A DNA stretch of 49,864 bases from Solirubrobacterales bacterium. Its GTDB lineage: Bacteria; Actinomycetota; Thermoleophilia; Solirubrobacterales; 70-9. Every line of letters begins with the position of its first letter. The first letter of the stretch is position 1. This document shows, piece after piece, positions 1-10,401 of the stretch. The DNA lies in assembly GCA_035549645.1 (NCBI GenBank), contig DASZQM010000209.1:1-49864 (forward strand), in the 5' to 3' direction. The notes beneath the pieces were generated by a model. It worked only from the letters and a program-made list of their open reading frames with translations. It had not been told where the DNA came from and made no database searches. A program made the translations under genes and the position numbers.

Positions 1-4
1 TCTG

Positions 5-1099
5 GTGGCGCTGTCGAGCGTCTTCGCGTTGCTTGCCTTCCTCGCGTCGGGAGCGCTCCCGACGCGAGCCGATGCCGCTGTCTCGACTCACAAGTTGATC
101 TGGGGACCGACCGATGCGGCGGCCTTCAACACCTACGCAGACCTCGGCGCGGGCCTCTATGAGTTCACGATCAACTGGTCGCTGATCGCGCCGACAGAGC
201 CCGCCGATCCGACCAACCCCTCCGATCCCGCCTACCAGTGGACCCCGGCGGTGGACGAAGCCATCGCCAACGCGCAGGCCCGCGGAATGCAGGTGGTCCT
301 GGAGGTCTCCGGGGCACCTGGCTGGGCCAACGGAGGCCACCCGTGGCCGTTCGCTCCAACGAACCCGCAGGACTACGCGAACTTCGTCGCCGCCGCTTCC
401 AAGCGCTGGCCCGCGGTCCACTACTGGCAGATCTGGGGCGAGCCTTCTCGCCGCCCGAACTTCATGCCGTTGCCCAAGCACGTCTTCGGCGAAGCTCTCA
501 CCCGTGCGCAGCGGCGCGGGCCGGAACTGTACGCGCAGATACTCGATGACTCTTACGTCTCGCTCAAGCAGGTGAACCCCGAAAACATCGTGATCGGCGG
601 CAATACCTACAGCGGCGGCGACATCCGCCCGCTCGCCTACATCAAGGCGCTGCGTCTGCCCAACGGCAAGCCGCCGCGAATGGATATGTACGGACAGAAC
701 CCCTTTGGCTTCCGTCGGCCTGACCTGAGTAAAGACCTGCTCCAGCCCGGCAACGGAGTCGCCGACTTCTGCGACCTCGACGTCGTCGCCGAATACGTCG
801 ACCGCTATCTCTCTCGCGCCGGCCGCAACAGGGGCAAGCTGCCGATCTTCATCTCCGAGTACTTCGTCCCCACCGACCATAAAAACTGGGAGTTCAACTA
901 CTGGGTCTCGAAGAAGACCGCAGCGAACTGGGTAGCCGCCGCGCTGAAGATCACCCGGAGCTGGAAGCGCATCTACACCTTCGGTTGGTTTGAGCTCGAA
1001 GACGAAGCACCGAACGCCGCCGGCAACGAGGTCAACCGCGGCCTGCTGACCTATAAAGGCGCGAAGAAGCCGGCTTACTACGCATTCAAGAATGGTTAG
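5..1099 (+). CDS. Secreted clan GH-A (TIM-barrel, GH5/GH39-like) glycoside hydrolase; the 5' end may lie upstream of the window
   Basis: The N-terminus (ALSSVFALLAFLASGALPTRADA) looks like a signal-peptide h-region with an AxA site. WQIWGEPS resembles the NEP acid/base motif and FISEYF resembles the nucleophile-Glu motif. The frame stays open to position 2, so the true start may be off-window. Confidence 0.55.
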   Translation: MALSSVFALLAFLASGALPTRADAAVSTHKLIWGPTDAAAFNTYADLGAGLYEFTINWSLIAPTEPADPTNPSDPAYQWTPAVDEAIANAQARGMQVVLEVSGAPGWANGGHPWPFAPTNPQDYANFVAAASKRWPAVHYWQIWGEPSRRPNFMPLPKHVFGEALTRAQRRGPELYAQILDDSYVSLKQVNPENIVIGGNTYSGGDIRPLAYIKALRLPNGKPPRMDMYGQNPFGFRRPDLSKDLLQPGNGVADFCDLDVVAEYVDRYLSRAGRNRGKLPIFISEYFVPTDHKNWEFNYWVSKKTAANWVAAALKITRSWKRIYTFGWFELEDEAPNAAGNEVNRGLLTYKGAKKPAYYAFKNG

Positions 1100-1119
1100 G
1101 CTGCGGGCGTGAAAGGTCG

Positions 1120-2070
1120 ATGAAGGCTCTCGTCACCGGTGGTGCCGGATTCATCGGCTCCCACATCACTGCGCGCCTGATCGCCGAAGGACACGAGGTT
1201 CGCGTCCTCGACAACTTCTCAACCGGCAACCGCTCGAACCTCGCCGCCTTCGAAGGTGAGCTCGACCTGATCGAGGGCGACATGCAGAGCTACGAGCGCG
1301 CCCACAACGCGGTCCAGGGTTGTGAGGTCGTCTTCCATCAGGCCGCCCTGCCCTCGGTGCCGCGCTCGATCCAGGATCCCCTGACGAGCAACGCGGCGAA
1401 CGTCGTCGGCACCCTCAACATCCTGCTCGCCTCACGCGACAGCGGCGTGCGCCGGGTCGTCTTCGCTTCCTCCTCCTCGATCTACGGTGCCGACTTGACC
1501 CTCCCCAAGCAGGAGGACCGTGCGCCGATGCCGATCTCGCCCTACGCGGTGGCAAAGCTGGCGAGCGAGGGCTACTGCAGGAGCTTCTCCGAGGTTTACG
1601 GCCTCGAGACGGTAGCGCTGCGCTACTTCAACGTCTTCGGCCCGCGTCAGGACCCGCTCTCGCAATACGCCGCAGTGATTCCCCGCTTCATCACAGCCCT
1701 CTTCGAGGGAACGCCGCCGGTGGTCTTCGGCGACGGCGAGCAGTCGCGCGACTTCACCTACATCGACAACGTGGTCGACGCGAATCTGCGGGCGGCCGCG
1801 GCGGAGGGCGTCGCGGGGCAGACCTTCAACATCGCCTGTGGCGAGCGGATCAGCCTCAACCGCCTGCTCGACGAGGTCCGCAGCATCGTCGGCAGCGAGG
1901 TCGAGGCCTCATACCAGGAGGCCCGCCAAGGCGACGTCAAGCACTCGCTCGCCGACATCTCGCGGGCCCGTGACCAACTCGGCTACGAGCCGCTGGTCGA
2001 CTTCGACGAAGGGCTTCTGCGTACGGTGGACGCGCTGCGCGCCGAGGCGGTCCGTCCGGTCGCCTCCTGA
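1120..2070 (+). CDS. NAD-dependent epimerase/dehydratase (UDP-sugar 4-epimerase-like, extended SDR)
   Basis: Has the N-terminal Rossmann motif VTGGAGFIGSH and a YAVAK (YxxxK) catalytic motif. Typical extended-SDR length of 316 aa. Confidence 0.85.
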   Translation: MKALVTGGAGFIGSHITARLIAEGHEVRVLDNFSTGNRSNLAAFEGELDLIEGDMQSYERAHNAVQGCEVVFHQAALPSVPRSIQDPLTSNAANVVGTLNILLASRDSGVRRVVFASSSSIYGADLTLPKQEDRAPMPISPYAVAKLASEGYCRSFSEVYGLETVALRYFNVFGPRQDPLSQYAAVIPRFITALFEGTPPVVFGDGEQSRDFTYIDNVVDANLRAAAAEGVAGQTFNIACGERISLNRLLDEVRSIVGSEVEASYQEARQGDVKHSLADISRARDQLGYEPLVDFDEGLLRTVDALRAEAVRPVAS

Positions 2071-2075
2071 GTCGG

Positions 2076-2918
2076 ATGTCTCTCGCCCTCGCCGTCTGTG
2101 GGGAGGGGGCCGACCCGAGCCCCGAGATCGAACGGCGCTTCTTCGGCAAGGTACGCCTTCCCAACGGGACTTGGAAGACGACCTATCCCAACCGGCTCGA
2201 CGATCTCAACGCGCGGCTGCTCGAATTCCTGCCCCGAGATCGCGGGCTCGAGCTGATGGACGTCGCTGTCTCCTCCGGCATCTCGACGCTCGAGTGGAGC
2301 GATCAGCTGCAGGCCAACAACATCCGGCACGCGCTGGTGGCGGGCGATCTCGCGCCTCGGGGTCGCTTGACCAGCTGGGGCCATCGGCTCGCCATCCTCT
2401 TCGATGACGAGGGCCGGGAACCGCTGCTGCTCGAGCTCGGCTCGCTCTCGGTGCCCATCGACCCCGGCGGGCGCCTGGTCGGGCGCTCGATGCCGGTTCT
2501 CGTGCCGCTCCTGCGCGGCCTCGCAGCCAGGGCCCGCCCGCTTGGTCCCGGCGCCGCGGCGCCGCACCGAGGACTGGTTACGAGGCCTGTCTCCCTGGTC
2601 AGCCCGGCGCTCGAGCAGCGAGCGGAGATCGAGCTGGTCGGCGACGACGTCACCGTGCCAGGTCGCTTCGTCAATCGCTTCGATGCCATCCGGGCCGCGA
2701 ACCTGGTCCAGCCAGCCTACTTCGACCGACGGGGGCTGTTAGCGATCCTGGCTAACTTGCGTGACCGGTTGCGAGAGAGGGGTCTTTTGGCGATCTGCCG
2801 CACGACCGCAGAGGGTGTAAACAGGGCGACGATCTTTCGCCGCCAGGGTGATCACTTCGCCTCGGAGGCTTCCCTCAACGGCGGTTCGGAGGTGGCGGAG
2901 CTGGTCCTCTCACTCTGA
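2076..2918 (+). CDS. Hypothetical protein, possibly a class I methyltransferase-like fold
   Basis: Protein-like composition. LMDVAVSSGISTLEW weakly resembles a SAM-binding motif I. The 3' end overlaps the convergent gene 2852..4615 by 67 nt. Confidence 0.4.
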   Translation: MSLALAVCGEGADPSPEIERRFFGKVRLPNGTWKTTYPNRLDDLNARLLEFLPRDRGLELMDVAVSSGISTLEWSDQLQANNIRHALVAGDLAPRGRLTSWGHRLAILFDDEGREPLLLELGSLSVPIDPGGRLVGRSMPVLVPLLRGLAARARPLGPGAAAPHRGLVTRPVSLVSPALEQRAEIELVGDDVTVPGRFVNRFDAIRAANLVQPAYFDRRGLLAILANLRDRLRERGLLAICRTTAEGVNRATIFRRQGDHFASEASLNGGSEVAELVLSL

Positions 2919-4615
2919 GGCTGGCCCGGGCGAAGGTTGGCGCAGAGCACGGCGGCAGCCAGGGCGATCGGGATCGAGACCTGGGGGCTGGAGAGAGGTT
3001 CGACGAAGAACATGCCTGCAGCGGCGGTCGCGAGAACCCCGATCGCCGCTGCGGTCGCGCGGTCGCGCCGGGCGCCGCGGACGGCGAGGACCGGCGCCAG
3101 GACCAGCAGCGCCAGGAACGCCAGGCCGATCAGACCGAGCTCGGCGGCGATCAGGAGGTACTGATCATGAGCAGCGAGCCGGCCGTAGTCGCCGTGCGCG
3201 GCCGAGTATTCGGGGAAGGTGCTCCAGCCGATTCCCAACACGGGCGCCGAGCCAAAGGCGCGAAGGGCCAAGCGTGCTGCGTCAAGCCGCGATTCGACGT
3301 AGTGTCGTTCGAGTTGCGGTCCATCCGAGCCCAGGTGACGGTAGACCGAGCCGCGTAGTCGCGCCGGTGCGACGACGGCACCGAGCACCGCTTCGCCATC
3401 GCTTTCGGTCACGCGCGCGGAGGCCAGGGTGACGCTCCCGGGCCTGCCCGGCAGCCAGAGGAAGAGGGAGGCGTGGGGCGCGTCCGCAGCCGGTCGCCAG
3501 AGCAGGGTCAACGTTTGCCAACCGCGATCCAGGCGCGCACTGGCGCGAGCCCCCCCGCCCGCGACCCGATCTCCGAGTGCGTAGTCGAGCCGCGTTCCCC
3601 GCCGTCCCGCCCGGGCCGAAAGGCTGAGCCGGTATGTGCGGCCGGCCTTCGCTTCTCCGAGGCCGAAGCTCATGCCCTCGCCTCCGCCGCTGCTCACCAC
3701 GATCCCGCCGGTGCCGTTGGCGAGGTGTGAGGGACCGGCTGGGATCGGGCCGAGCTGGCGCGCGTCCCAGCCGCTGACGTCGCGCTGGCTGAGGGGCACG
3801 AGCCCGGTGGGCACGGCCGCGAAGCTGGCGTCTTCGCGCTGCGTCTTGAAGACGGAGTAGAGAGCGCCGCCGAGCGCGGCGGCGAGCACCGCAGCGGTGA
3901 GGACGAGCGCCACGCGGCGGCGCGAGCCCCGCGCGCTCCATAGGGCCAGGGCGAGGACGCCGACCCCGGCGGCGATGATCCCACCGCGGGAATAGGTGAG
4001 GACGAGCGCGGCGAGCAGGAGCGCGACCGAGGTCGCGAGCAGCAGGCGCATCCGATGCGCGGCGACGGAGAGGTAGGCGAGTGCCACGGGGACCCCGAGC
4101 GCCACCGCGAGGGCGAGTTCGTTCGCGTTGCCGTAGGTGCCCGAGAGCCGTCCGCCGGTGTCGGTCAGATCGACCGTGGCCGAGTTGATCGAGCCGACCC
4201 CGACCAGCGCCAGCCCGCCGGCGAGGGTGAGACCGGTGAGCGAGGCGAGCAGTGCTCCGTCACGCAAACGCGGTTCGAACCCGATCGCGACGACGGCCAT
4301 CAGGCCGATCGCGCTGAGCTCGAAGAGGCCTCCGGCTTTTCCTTCGCAATTGCAGCCCGTGGTCCTGGTGCTGAGCAGTGCCCAGCCGCAAAGTCCCAGG
4401 TAGCCGATGACCAGCATCGAGGTCGGCAGGTCCGGCCGGAAATCGCGTGGCCTCGCGCTAAACAGGTCGGCTCCGAGCAGCGCCGCGAAGAGCAGCACCG
4501 CCGCCCTGCCAACCGTCAGCGGCCCGGCCAGGTGGGTCGCCGAAAGGGGGGCGAGGAGGGCGGCGGCGAGCAGGCCGAGCTGCGTGCGCCGGAACTCGGC
4601 GCTCACGGCGTTCAT
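2852..4615 (-). CDS. O-antigen ligase / Wzy-like polytopic membrane protein with a large inserted extracytoplasmic domain
   Basis: Multiple predicted TM helices. Has the LTYSRGGIIA motif typical of the Wzy_C/O-antigen ligase family. A ~200-aa soluble insert precedes the last TM helices. Confidence 0.7.
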   Translation of the reverse strand: MNAVSAEFRRTQLGLLAAALLAPLSATHLAGPLTVGRAAVLLFAALLGADLFSARPRDFRPDLPTSMLVIGYLGLCGWALLSTRTTGCNCEGKAGGLFELSAIGLMAVVAIGFEPRLRDGALLASLTGLTLAGGLALVGVGSINSATVDLTDTGGRLSGTYGNANELALAVALGVPVALAYLSVAAHRMRLLLATSVALLLAALVLTYSRGGIIAAGVGVLALALWSARGSRRRVALVLTAAVLAAALGGALYSVFKTQREDASFAAVPTGLVPLSQRDVSGWDARQLGPIPAGPSHLANGTGGIVVSSGGGEGMSFGLGEAKAGRTYRLSLSARAGRRGTRLDYALGDRVAGGGARASARLDRGWQTLTLLWRPAADAPHASLFLWLPGRPGSVTLASARVTESDGEAVLGAVVAPARLRGSVYRHLGSDGPQLERHYVESRLDAARLALRAFGSAPVLGIGWSTFPEYSAAHGDYGRLAAHDQYLLIAAELGLIGLAFLALLVLAPVLAVRGARRDRATAAAIGVLATAAAGMFFVEPLSSPQVSIPIALAAAVLCANLRPGQPQSERTSSATSEPPLREASEAK

Positions 4616-4631
4616 CGGCAGGACGCCCGGC

Positions 4632-6071
4632 TCAAGCGGCCTCGCTCTGGGGCCGTGGCCGCGGCAGCTGACGCAGCGCCGTGGCGAGCAGGCTGACGAG
4701 CTGGCCGACGGCGGCCGTCGAGAGCAGCCAAATGAAGGGAAGCAGGGAGATCACGTAGCGCTCCTCCCAACGAGCAGTCAGGGCTACGCCGAGGATGCCG
4801 ATGCCGCCGACGATCAGCAGCACGGTGGCGGCCTGGCGGCTTCGCTGGGGGCCGACGAAGGGCAGGATCAGGATCAGCAGGCCGCCGATCGTGAGGATGA
4901 AGAGGAGCCGGTTCAGGGACTGGGCGACCTGCCAGGGGATCCGCGTCAGCTTCGAATCGCCGGGGAGCGTTGTGGCGCCGGGGTTCAGCGCCCTGATGTA
5001 GCCCCGCGTCTTGAAGATCTGATCGTTGTTGCCGTCGGCGGTGAAGGTGCGCGGATCGAGGACTTCCCGCGAGAGGCCGAGCGATTCGATCGTGCTTTCG
5101 GCGTACGCGCCGGGATTGTCGCGGATCGCTTCGCGGGCGAGCGCTCCCATCGTGCCATAGGCCTCACGCGGCGTCTTGCCCTCGGCGACGAGGGCGTTGA
5201 AGACGCCGCTGGTGGTGCCGGCGCTGGCGTGGGGGACGGCTGGATCGGCGGTGTCGTAGACGCGCAGGGCGAGTCGCCCGTCGGCGGTGTCCGGCGAGGG
5301 TGGCACTTCGCCCCAGCTGACCGCCCGCGCGTAGAGGGCCAGACCGCTCTCGCTGGAGACGTTCGGGTCGCCGAAGCGGATCAGGTTGTGGACGCACCAC
5401 GGCGCGAGGACGATTGCCATCGCCCCGATCGCGATCGCCGAGGAGCGCAGGGCCGGCTTCCAGCGCGGGGCGCTCGCCAGCAGCGCGAGAGGGATCGCGG
5501 CGAGGGCGATCAGTCCGTTGGCGCGCACCAGGGTGGCGATGCCGAAGGCGACGCCTGTCGCGGCGAGCAGTTCCCAGCCCGCGTCGCCGGCGCGCAGCCG
5601 GATCGCCGACTCCGCCAGCAGCACCGCGGCGATGAAGAAGGCGACCCCGAACAGGTAATCCGAAAGCGCCAGCTGCTCGACCGCGATCACCAGCGGCGAG
5701 GCGGCCATCAGGAAGCCGGCGAGCACGGCCGGCACAGGGCTGAAGTAGCGCCAGCCGACCAGGACGACAAAGGCGGGCAGGGCGATGCCGACGAGGTTCT
5801 GCAGGAAGACGACACCGTGGATCGGATCGATTCCAACCAGTTCGAAGAGGGCCAGCAGGGTTGCGTAGCCAGGAGCCCTGACGTTGTCGGCGAAGCCGCC
5901 GTGGAACACGTTGCGGGCGATGGCGAGGTACTGATCGGTGTCGGGCGCGGTGAAGGCGGAGCCCAGCAGCGGGGCGCGGACGACAGCGGCGACGAGCGTC
6001 ACGGCCGCGAGGGAGATCGTCCTCCTCACAGATCCCGAGGCTTCTCCCTGGCGATGCCCATAGAAGGCCAT
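4632..6071 (-). CDS. GT-C fold membrane glycosyltransferase (PMT_2 / ArnT-like)
   Basis: Polytopic membrane protein of about 479 aa. It has an N-terminal loop motif (APDTDQYLAIARN) and a soluble C-proximal domain, as in dolichyl/undecaprenyl-phosphate-sugar dependent transferases. Confidence 0.6.
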   Translation of the reverse strand: MAFYGHRQGEASGSVRRTISLAAVTLVAAVVRAPLLGSAFTAPDTDQYLAIARNVFHGGFADNVRAPGYATLLALFELVGIDPIHGVVFLQNLVGIALPAFVVLVGWRYFSPVPAVLAGFLMAASPLVIAVEQLALSDYLFGVAFFIAAVLLAESAIRLRAGDAGWELLAATGVAFGIATLVRANGLIALAAIPLALLASAPRWKPALRSSAIAIGAMAIVLAPWCVHNLIRFGDPNVSSESGLALYARAVSWGEVPPSPDTADGRLALRVYDTADPAVPHASAGTTSGVFNALVAEGKTPREAYGTMGALAREAIRDNPGAYAESTIESLGLSREVLDPRTFTADGNNDQIFKTRGYIRALNPGATTLPGDSKLTRIPWQVAQSLNRLLFILTIGGLLILILPFVGPQRSRQAATVLLIVGGIGILGVALTARWEERYVISLLPFIWLLSTAAVGQLVSLLATALRQLPRPRPQSEAA

Positions 6072-6088
6072 GAGCCTATACTGCCGAC

Positions 6089-6742
6089 GTGCGAATCGGC
6101 AGGGGTTTCCGCAGCGCTTCGCGCTCGACCTTGCTCAAGGTGGCACTCCCTTTTTTCGCTGCCTGGGTCGTGGTCCTCGGTATCTCGGCTTGCGGCAGCT
6201 CCTCGTCGGCGACCGAACGCACCCCCGACAACCTGGTCAGCCGGGCCGAGGTCAGGGCGCAGCCGCGCGGCAGCGTCGAGGGCACCTTCCTCGAATACTG
6301 GTCGGACCTCCAGTACCAGTCCTGGGCCGAAGTGGCGGCCTACTACGAGCCGGATTTCCGCGCCTCCGTCGGCGTTGCGGCGATCATCGGCGGCAAGAAG
6401 ATCAACGGCTCGAGCTATCCGCAGCTGAAACCGGAGATCGTCCGCGTCCACGACGACGGTGACCTCGCGACGATCAACTACTCGCTCCAGTTCATCGATG
6501 GGAGCAGGGAACTCGCCTCGACCACCTGGCGCAAGGGCGACGGCGGCTGGCAGATCGTCTACGACTCGCGGCTCGACGCCGAGCTCAAGCAGTACGCCGA
6601 AAACCGGGTCGAAATCGAAGAGAACGGGGTGCTGCCTACCAGTGCCGGCGAAGCCTCCCCGGCGGCAACGCGCGCGGGTGCGGCAGCCGCTCAAGCGCAG
6701 GCCCGCTTCCTCCAGGAAACGCTCGGCGTCAAGAGCCTCTAG
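6089..6742 (+). CDS. Putative lipoprotein (NTF2-like small domain)
   Basis: Signal peptide ending in a lipobox-like LGISAC followed by a Ser-rich linker. Protein-like composition. Confidence 0.55.
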   Translation: MRIGRGFRSASRSTLLKVALPFFAAWVVVLGISACGSSSSATERTPDNLVSRAEVRAQPRGSVEGTFLEYWSDLQYQSWAEVAAYYEPDFRASVGVAAIIGGKKINGSSYPQLKPEIVRVHDDGDLATINYSLQFIDGSRELASTTWRKGDGGWQIVYDSRLDAELKQYAENRVEIEENGVLPTSAGEASPAATRAGAAAAQAQARFLQETLGVKSL

Positions 6743-7856
6743 GTAACCAGCCGAGGGCCTCGTTGACGGCCGCCAGGTGCGCGGCCACCGACTGCTCGAG
6801 CCCGTGCTCGGCGAGAGCGTGGCGGCGGGCGCCCTTGCCGAGGCGCAGGCGCAGCTCGCGATCGTCGATCAGCCGCTCCAGCGCGGCGGCGATCTCGCCC
6901 GGCTCGCGGGAGACGAGGAGGCCTCCGTCCGGCGAGACGATCTCGCGGGTACCGCCGCCGTCGGTGCCGATCAGCGGCCTGCCGGCGAGTGCGGCCTCGA
7001 TCAGAGCGTTGGGGCTGCCCTCGTTGTCGGAGAGCAGCAGGGCGATGTCGTGCTCCGCCCAGAACCGGCGCGCGTCGTCGATCGGCCCGCCGGCGTCTAC
7101 CCGTTCGCTGAGGTCGCGAGCGACGACCTCGGCCGCGACCTGCTCGCGCAACGGCCCGGAGCCCGCCAGGTCGACGCGCCAAGGGGAGGCTGCTCGCACC
7201 TGCTCGAGCGCGGCCAGCAATCGCGCGTGACCCTTTTCGGGCCTGTAGTTGGCGAGGTAGCCGATCTTCACGATCTCGCCGCCGGGGGGGTCGAGTGGCT
7301 CGACCGGCGGGTGGCCGTTGCGGGCGAGGCGCAAGCGCTCACGCGGCACCCCGCGCCGGACCGCCTCCTCGAGCACGGCTTCGGAGTTGCCGGTGACCAG
7401 GCGGGCATGTCGCTCGGCCCAGCGGATCGGCCCGCGGAAGAAGGCCCAACGTTCCGATGGGGAGCCACAGACACTGCGGCGGCCGATCACGACCGGCAAG
7501 CCGAGTGCCCGCGCCGGTGGAGTGACGGTCGCGGATGCCTCCTCCAGCCACGGATATACGACGTCGGGACTCAGCCGTCGCAGGGCGCGGAAGGTGCGCG
7601 GGACCGCCACCGCCGGCCGCAGCGCGCGCGGGCCTTTCTTGGGGGAGAGCTGAATCAGCTCCACGCCGAGGTCGTCGAGGCGACGCCGGTGGGCAGGGTC
7701 GCAGGTTGTCGAGAAGGCGATGATCGAAGCTTCGATCCGCTCCGGATGAGCGGTGGAGATCAGCTGCATCAGTTGTCGCTCAGAACCGCCGAGCCCCAGC
7801 CCACCGATGGCGAAGGTCACCCGTGGCTTGAGCGGCGCCATTGCGTTTCCGCTCAT
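6729..7856 (-). CDS. Glycosyltransferase family 4 (GT-B)
   Basis: N-terminal GGLGLGGSERQ motif. C-terminal EGSPNALIEAALAGRPLIGTDGGGTREIV matches the E-x7-E GT4 signature. Confidence 0.8.
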   Translation of the reverse strand: MSGNAMAPLKPRVTFAIGGLGLGGSERQLMQLISTAHPERIEASIIAFSTTCDPAHRRRLDDLGVELIQLSPKKGPRALRPAVAVPRTFRALRRLSPDVVYPWLEEASATVTPPARALGLPVVIGRRSVCGSPSERWAFFRGPIRWAERHARLVTGNSEAVLEEAVRRGVPRERLRLARNGHPPVEPLDPPGGEIVKIGYLANYRPEKGHARLLAALEQVRAASPWRVDLAGSGPLREQVAAEVVARDLSERVDAGGPIDDARRFWAEHDIALLLSDNEGSPNALIEAALAGRPLIGTDGGGTREIVSPDGGLLVSREPGEIAAALERLIDDRELRLRLGKGARRHALAEHGLEQSVAAHLAAVNEALGWLPRGS

Positions 7857-9191
7857 CTAGCCCACCGCCCTGCGCAGCAGGCGGGGCAACGCGTCGTCAC
7901 GGCGGGGCAGTCTCATTGCGTCTCGCATCGGAACCCGTCCATAGCGAGAGAGGAGATACAGCATCAGGATCCCGGCCAGCCAGTAGGAAGCGACCGAGGC
8001 AAGCGAGGCGCCGCTGATGCCGACGGCCGGGATCAGGACAAAGTTGAGGCCGACGTTGAGCGCCAGACCGGCCGCCGCAGCCGCTGAGATGACCAGCGGT
8101 GGCGCGATCCTGATCAAGAGCCCCCGCGCCGGTTCCTCGATCGCGAGCGCGATCACGGCGGGCATCAGGAGGACAAAGGGCAGCACGCTGCCCTGCCACT
8201 CGCTGCCGTATACGACGACGATGAAGGGATAGGAGATGAGCGCGGCAGCCAGGCCGAGCAGCACCGCGACGCTGATGTTTTGACTGATGAAGTCGAGTGT
8301 GTAGGAGGCTGCTGTCTCCTCCTCGGCGTGAGTCTGCGCCTCGAGCGCGGCCAGCGCCACGGTCGAGACGGCGGTGAAGACGATGTCGGCGAGGCTGGCC
8401 GAGAGCGAGTAGAGGCCGGCCTGATCGGTGCTGGCAAGCAGACCGACGAGGAAGAGATCGACTTTGAGGTTGAGCCATAGCGCGATCGAGGACGGCTGCA
8501 GGCGGACGCCGATGTGAAGGGCCGAGCGAACCAAGCGCGGTTCGACGAAGGGCGAGAGCGCGGCGACGCCGACGCGCCTCGCAAGTGCGAGGGCAAGGGC
8601 AAGGGCGACCGCGGCGATCGACACCAGGGCGGCGAGCATCGTCAGCTGGGGCGAGAGGCCGACTCCCAGCTCGAGACCCACCACCAAAAGGAACTGGAAG
8701 ACGGCGCCGACCGCGATCGTCCAGCCATAGGGGCGCAGCATCCCGAGGCGCAGCAACAGCGCCGTCGCCATCTGCCCGATCAAGGTGAAGGGAATCGTCA
8801 CCGCGGCGAGCACCACGGTCGCCGTGTTGGCGCCGCCGAGCAGGGCATCGCGTGCAGGCAGCCCGATCGCCAGGGTGGCGGCGATGCCGAGGAGCCCGAG
8901 CGACAGGGCCGAGAACGAGGCGAGGCGGCAGAGCTGCTCGAGCGAGGCTTCCTTGCGGCCCATCATCCGCGCCACCGACTGCTCGATCGAGAGGTGGGAG
9001 ATGACCCAAACCATGGTCGCCAAATTGAGCGCGAGCGCGTACTGCCCCCGGCCTTCCGGCCCCAGTGCCCGGGTCGCGATCAGGCTGAGCAGGAAGAGGA
9101 AGACGAACTGGACCAGGCGGAAGCCGAGCAACCTGCCGCCGCTGCCCATCGCCGCGGAGGCGTGGGGCTCTGCCCGCGCGCCCTCGCTCAC
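7857..9191 (-). CDS. wzx: Polysaccharide flippase (Wzx, MOP superfamily)
   Basis: About 12-14 hydrophobic helices over 444 aa. It abuts the downstream GT4 gene (7856/7857) and overlaps the upstream GT4 gene by 4 nt. Confidence 0.7.
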   Translation of the reverse strand: MSEGARAEPHASAAMGSGGRLLGFRLVQFVFLFLLSLIATRALGPEGRGQYALALNLATMVWVISHLSIEQSVARMMGRKEASLEQLCRLASFSALSLGLLGIAATLAIGLPARDALLGGANTATVVLAAVTIPFTLIGQMATALLLRLGMLRPYGWTIAVGAVFQFLLVVGLELGVGLSPQLTMLAALVSIAAVALALALALARRVGVAALSPFVEPRLVRSALHIGVRLQPSSIALWLNLKVDLFLVGLLASTDQAGLYSLSASLADIVFTAVSTVALAALEAQTHAEEETAASYTLDFISQNISVAVLLGLAAALISYPFIVVVYGSEWQGSVLPFVLLMPAVIALAIEEPARGLLIRIAPPLVISAAAAAGLALNVGLNFVLIPAVGISGASLASVASYWLAGILMLYLLSRYGRVPMRDAMRLPRRDDALPRLLRRAVG

Positions 9192-10369
9192 TCGGAAGAG
9201 CCCGGCGCTCCGAGCAGGCGCGAGTAGAGGGCGTCGACGTCGTCGAGCAGGCGGTCGACGGTGAACTTCGCCGCCACGTTCTCCCTGGCTCTGGCGCCCA
9301 TCGCTCGGCGCAGGTCCGGCTCGGCGGAAATCCGCGAGATCGCCGCGGCCAGGCCCCCCTCGTCACCGGGGGGCGCCAGCAGGCCAGCGCCCTCGATGAC
9401 GATGTCGGGCACGCCGCCGACCGCCGTCGCCACCAGTGGCCGCCCCGCCGCCGCCGCCTCGATCAGCGCCACCGGCGTCCCCTCGTTGTCGGAGGTGAGC
9501 AGAGCGGCATCGCTCCCGGCCGCGATCCGGGCCAGGTCACGGCGATAGCCGAGGAAGTCGACGGCGCCGGCGCAACCGAGGCTGCGGGCGAGGGCTTCCA
9601 GCTGAGGGCGGAGCAGGCCGTCGCCGACGACCGCGACCCGTGCCGGGGCGCCCTGTCGCCGCGCCCGTGCCAGCGAGCGCAGCATCAGCTCCGGCCGCTT
9701 GATCGGGACCAGGCGCCCGGTGTAGGTAAAGAGCACCTCATCCTCGGCGGTGCCGATCTCCTCGCGGAAGCTGCCGTTTGACGCCGGCCCCAAGGCCAGG
9801 AAAGGACCGAGCTCGAGCCCGAGCGGAACCACGGTGAACTTCGAGCGTGGGGCGACACCGAGCTCGACCAGCTCCTCGACGGTCGCGGCGCTGACCCCGA
9901 CCAAGCGGTCGCTTGCCTTGGCCAGCGCCCGCTCGATCGCCCTGAAGGCCCGCGTCTTCAACGGCCCGAAGTACCCCCTGAGCACGTGGCCGTGGTAGGT
10001 GTGGATCACGATCGGTCGTTCTCGCCGCGCCAGCAGCGCCGCCAGCCGCCCCAGCATCCCGGCCTTGGCGGTGTGTGTTTCGACTATGTCGGGACGGTAG
10101 GCCCGCACCAAGCGGATCAGGGCGATCAGGGCGAGGATGTCCTGCAGCGGTCGGATCTCCGGTCCCAACCGGTCGAGATAGCGGACACGGATACCGTCGA
10201 GGTCGGTGTGCTCCTCCTCGCCTGCTCCGACCCTGCCGGTCACGAGCAAGGTTTCGTAGTCCCTCCCGGCAAGCCCGCGGCTGAGCAGGGCGACGTGGTG
10301 TGCCGGTCCACCCAAATTCATTCTTGCGATTACTCTGAGCACGCGGATCGGCGGTTTGCGCGCTGCCAT
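9188..10369 (-). CDS. Glycosyltransferase family 4 (GT-B)
   Basis: N-terminal RMNLGGPAHHV motif. C-terminal NEGTPVALIEAAAAGRPLVATAVGGVPDIV signature. Confidence 0.8.
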   Translation of the reverse strand: MAARKPPIRVLRVIARMNLGGPAHHVALLSRGLAGRDYETLLVTGRVGAGEEEHTDLDGIRVRYLDRLGPEIRPLQDILALIALIRLVRAYRPDIVETHTAKAGMLGRLAALLARRERPIVIHTYHGHVLRGYFGPLKTRAFRAIERALAKASDRLVGVSAATVEELVELGVAPRSKFTVVPLGLELGPFLALGPASNGSFREEIGTAEDEVLFTYTGRLVPIKRPELMLRSLARARRQGAPARVAVVGDGLLRPQLEALARSLGCAGAVDFLGYRRDLARIAAGSDAALLTSDNEGTPVALIEAAAAGRPLVATAVGGVPDIVIEGAGLLAPPGDEGGLAAAISRISAEPDLRRAMGARARENVAAKFTVDRLLDDVDALYSRLLGAPGSSE

Positions 10370-10401
10370 TGGGGTTATTATCGCCGCGAGTCAGTGCAGG
10401 G

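Noticed and set aside
4407-6428. 673-aa plus-strand ORF opposite the GT-C transferase. The same applies to other very long antisense or off-frame ORFs: 11757..14438, 6777..8087, 7897..9366, 16369..17652, 17795..18811, 19213..20229, 20797..21726, 21899..23107, 24475..25467, 27704..28705, 29095..30042, 35107..36060, 37313..38266, 38471..39334 and 44577..45824.
   Set aside because: Their translations are Arg/Gly/Pro/Asp-rich low-complexity sequence, typical of shadow frames in high-G+C DNA. In every case the opposite or alternate frame encodes a protein with recognisable motifs.
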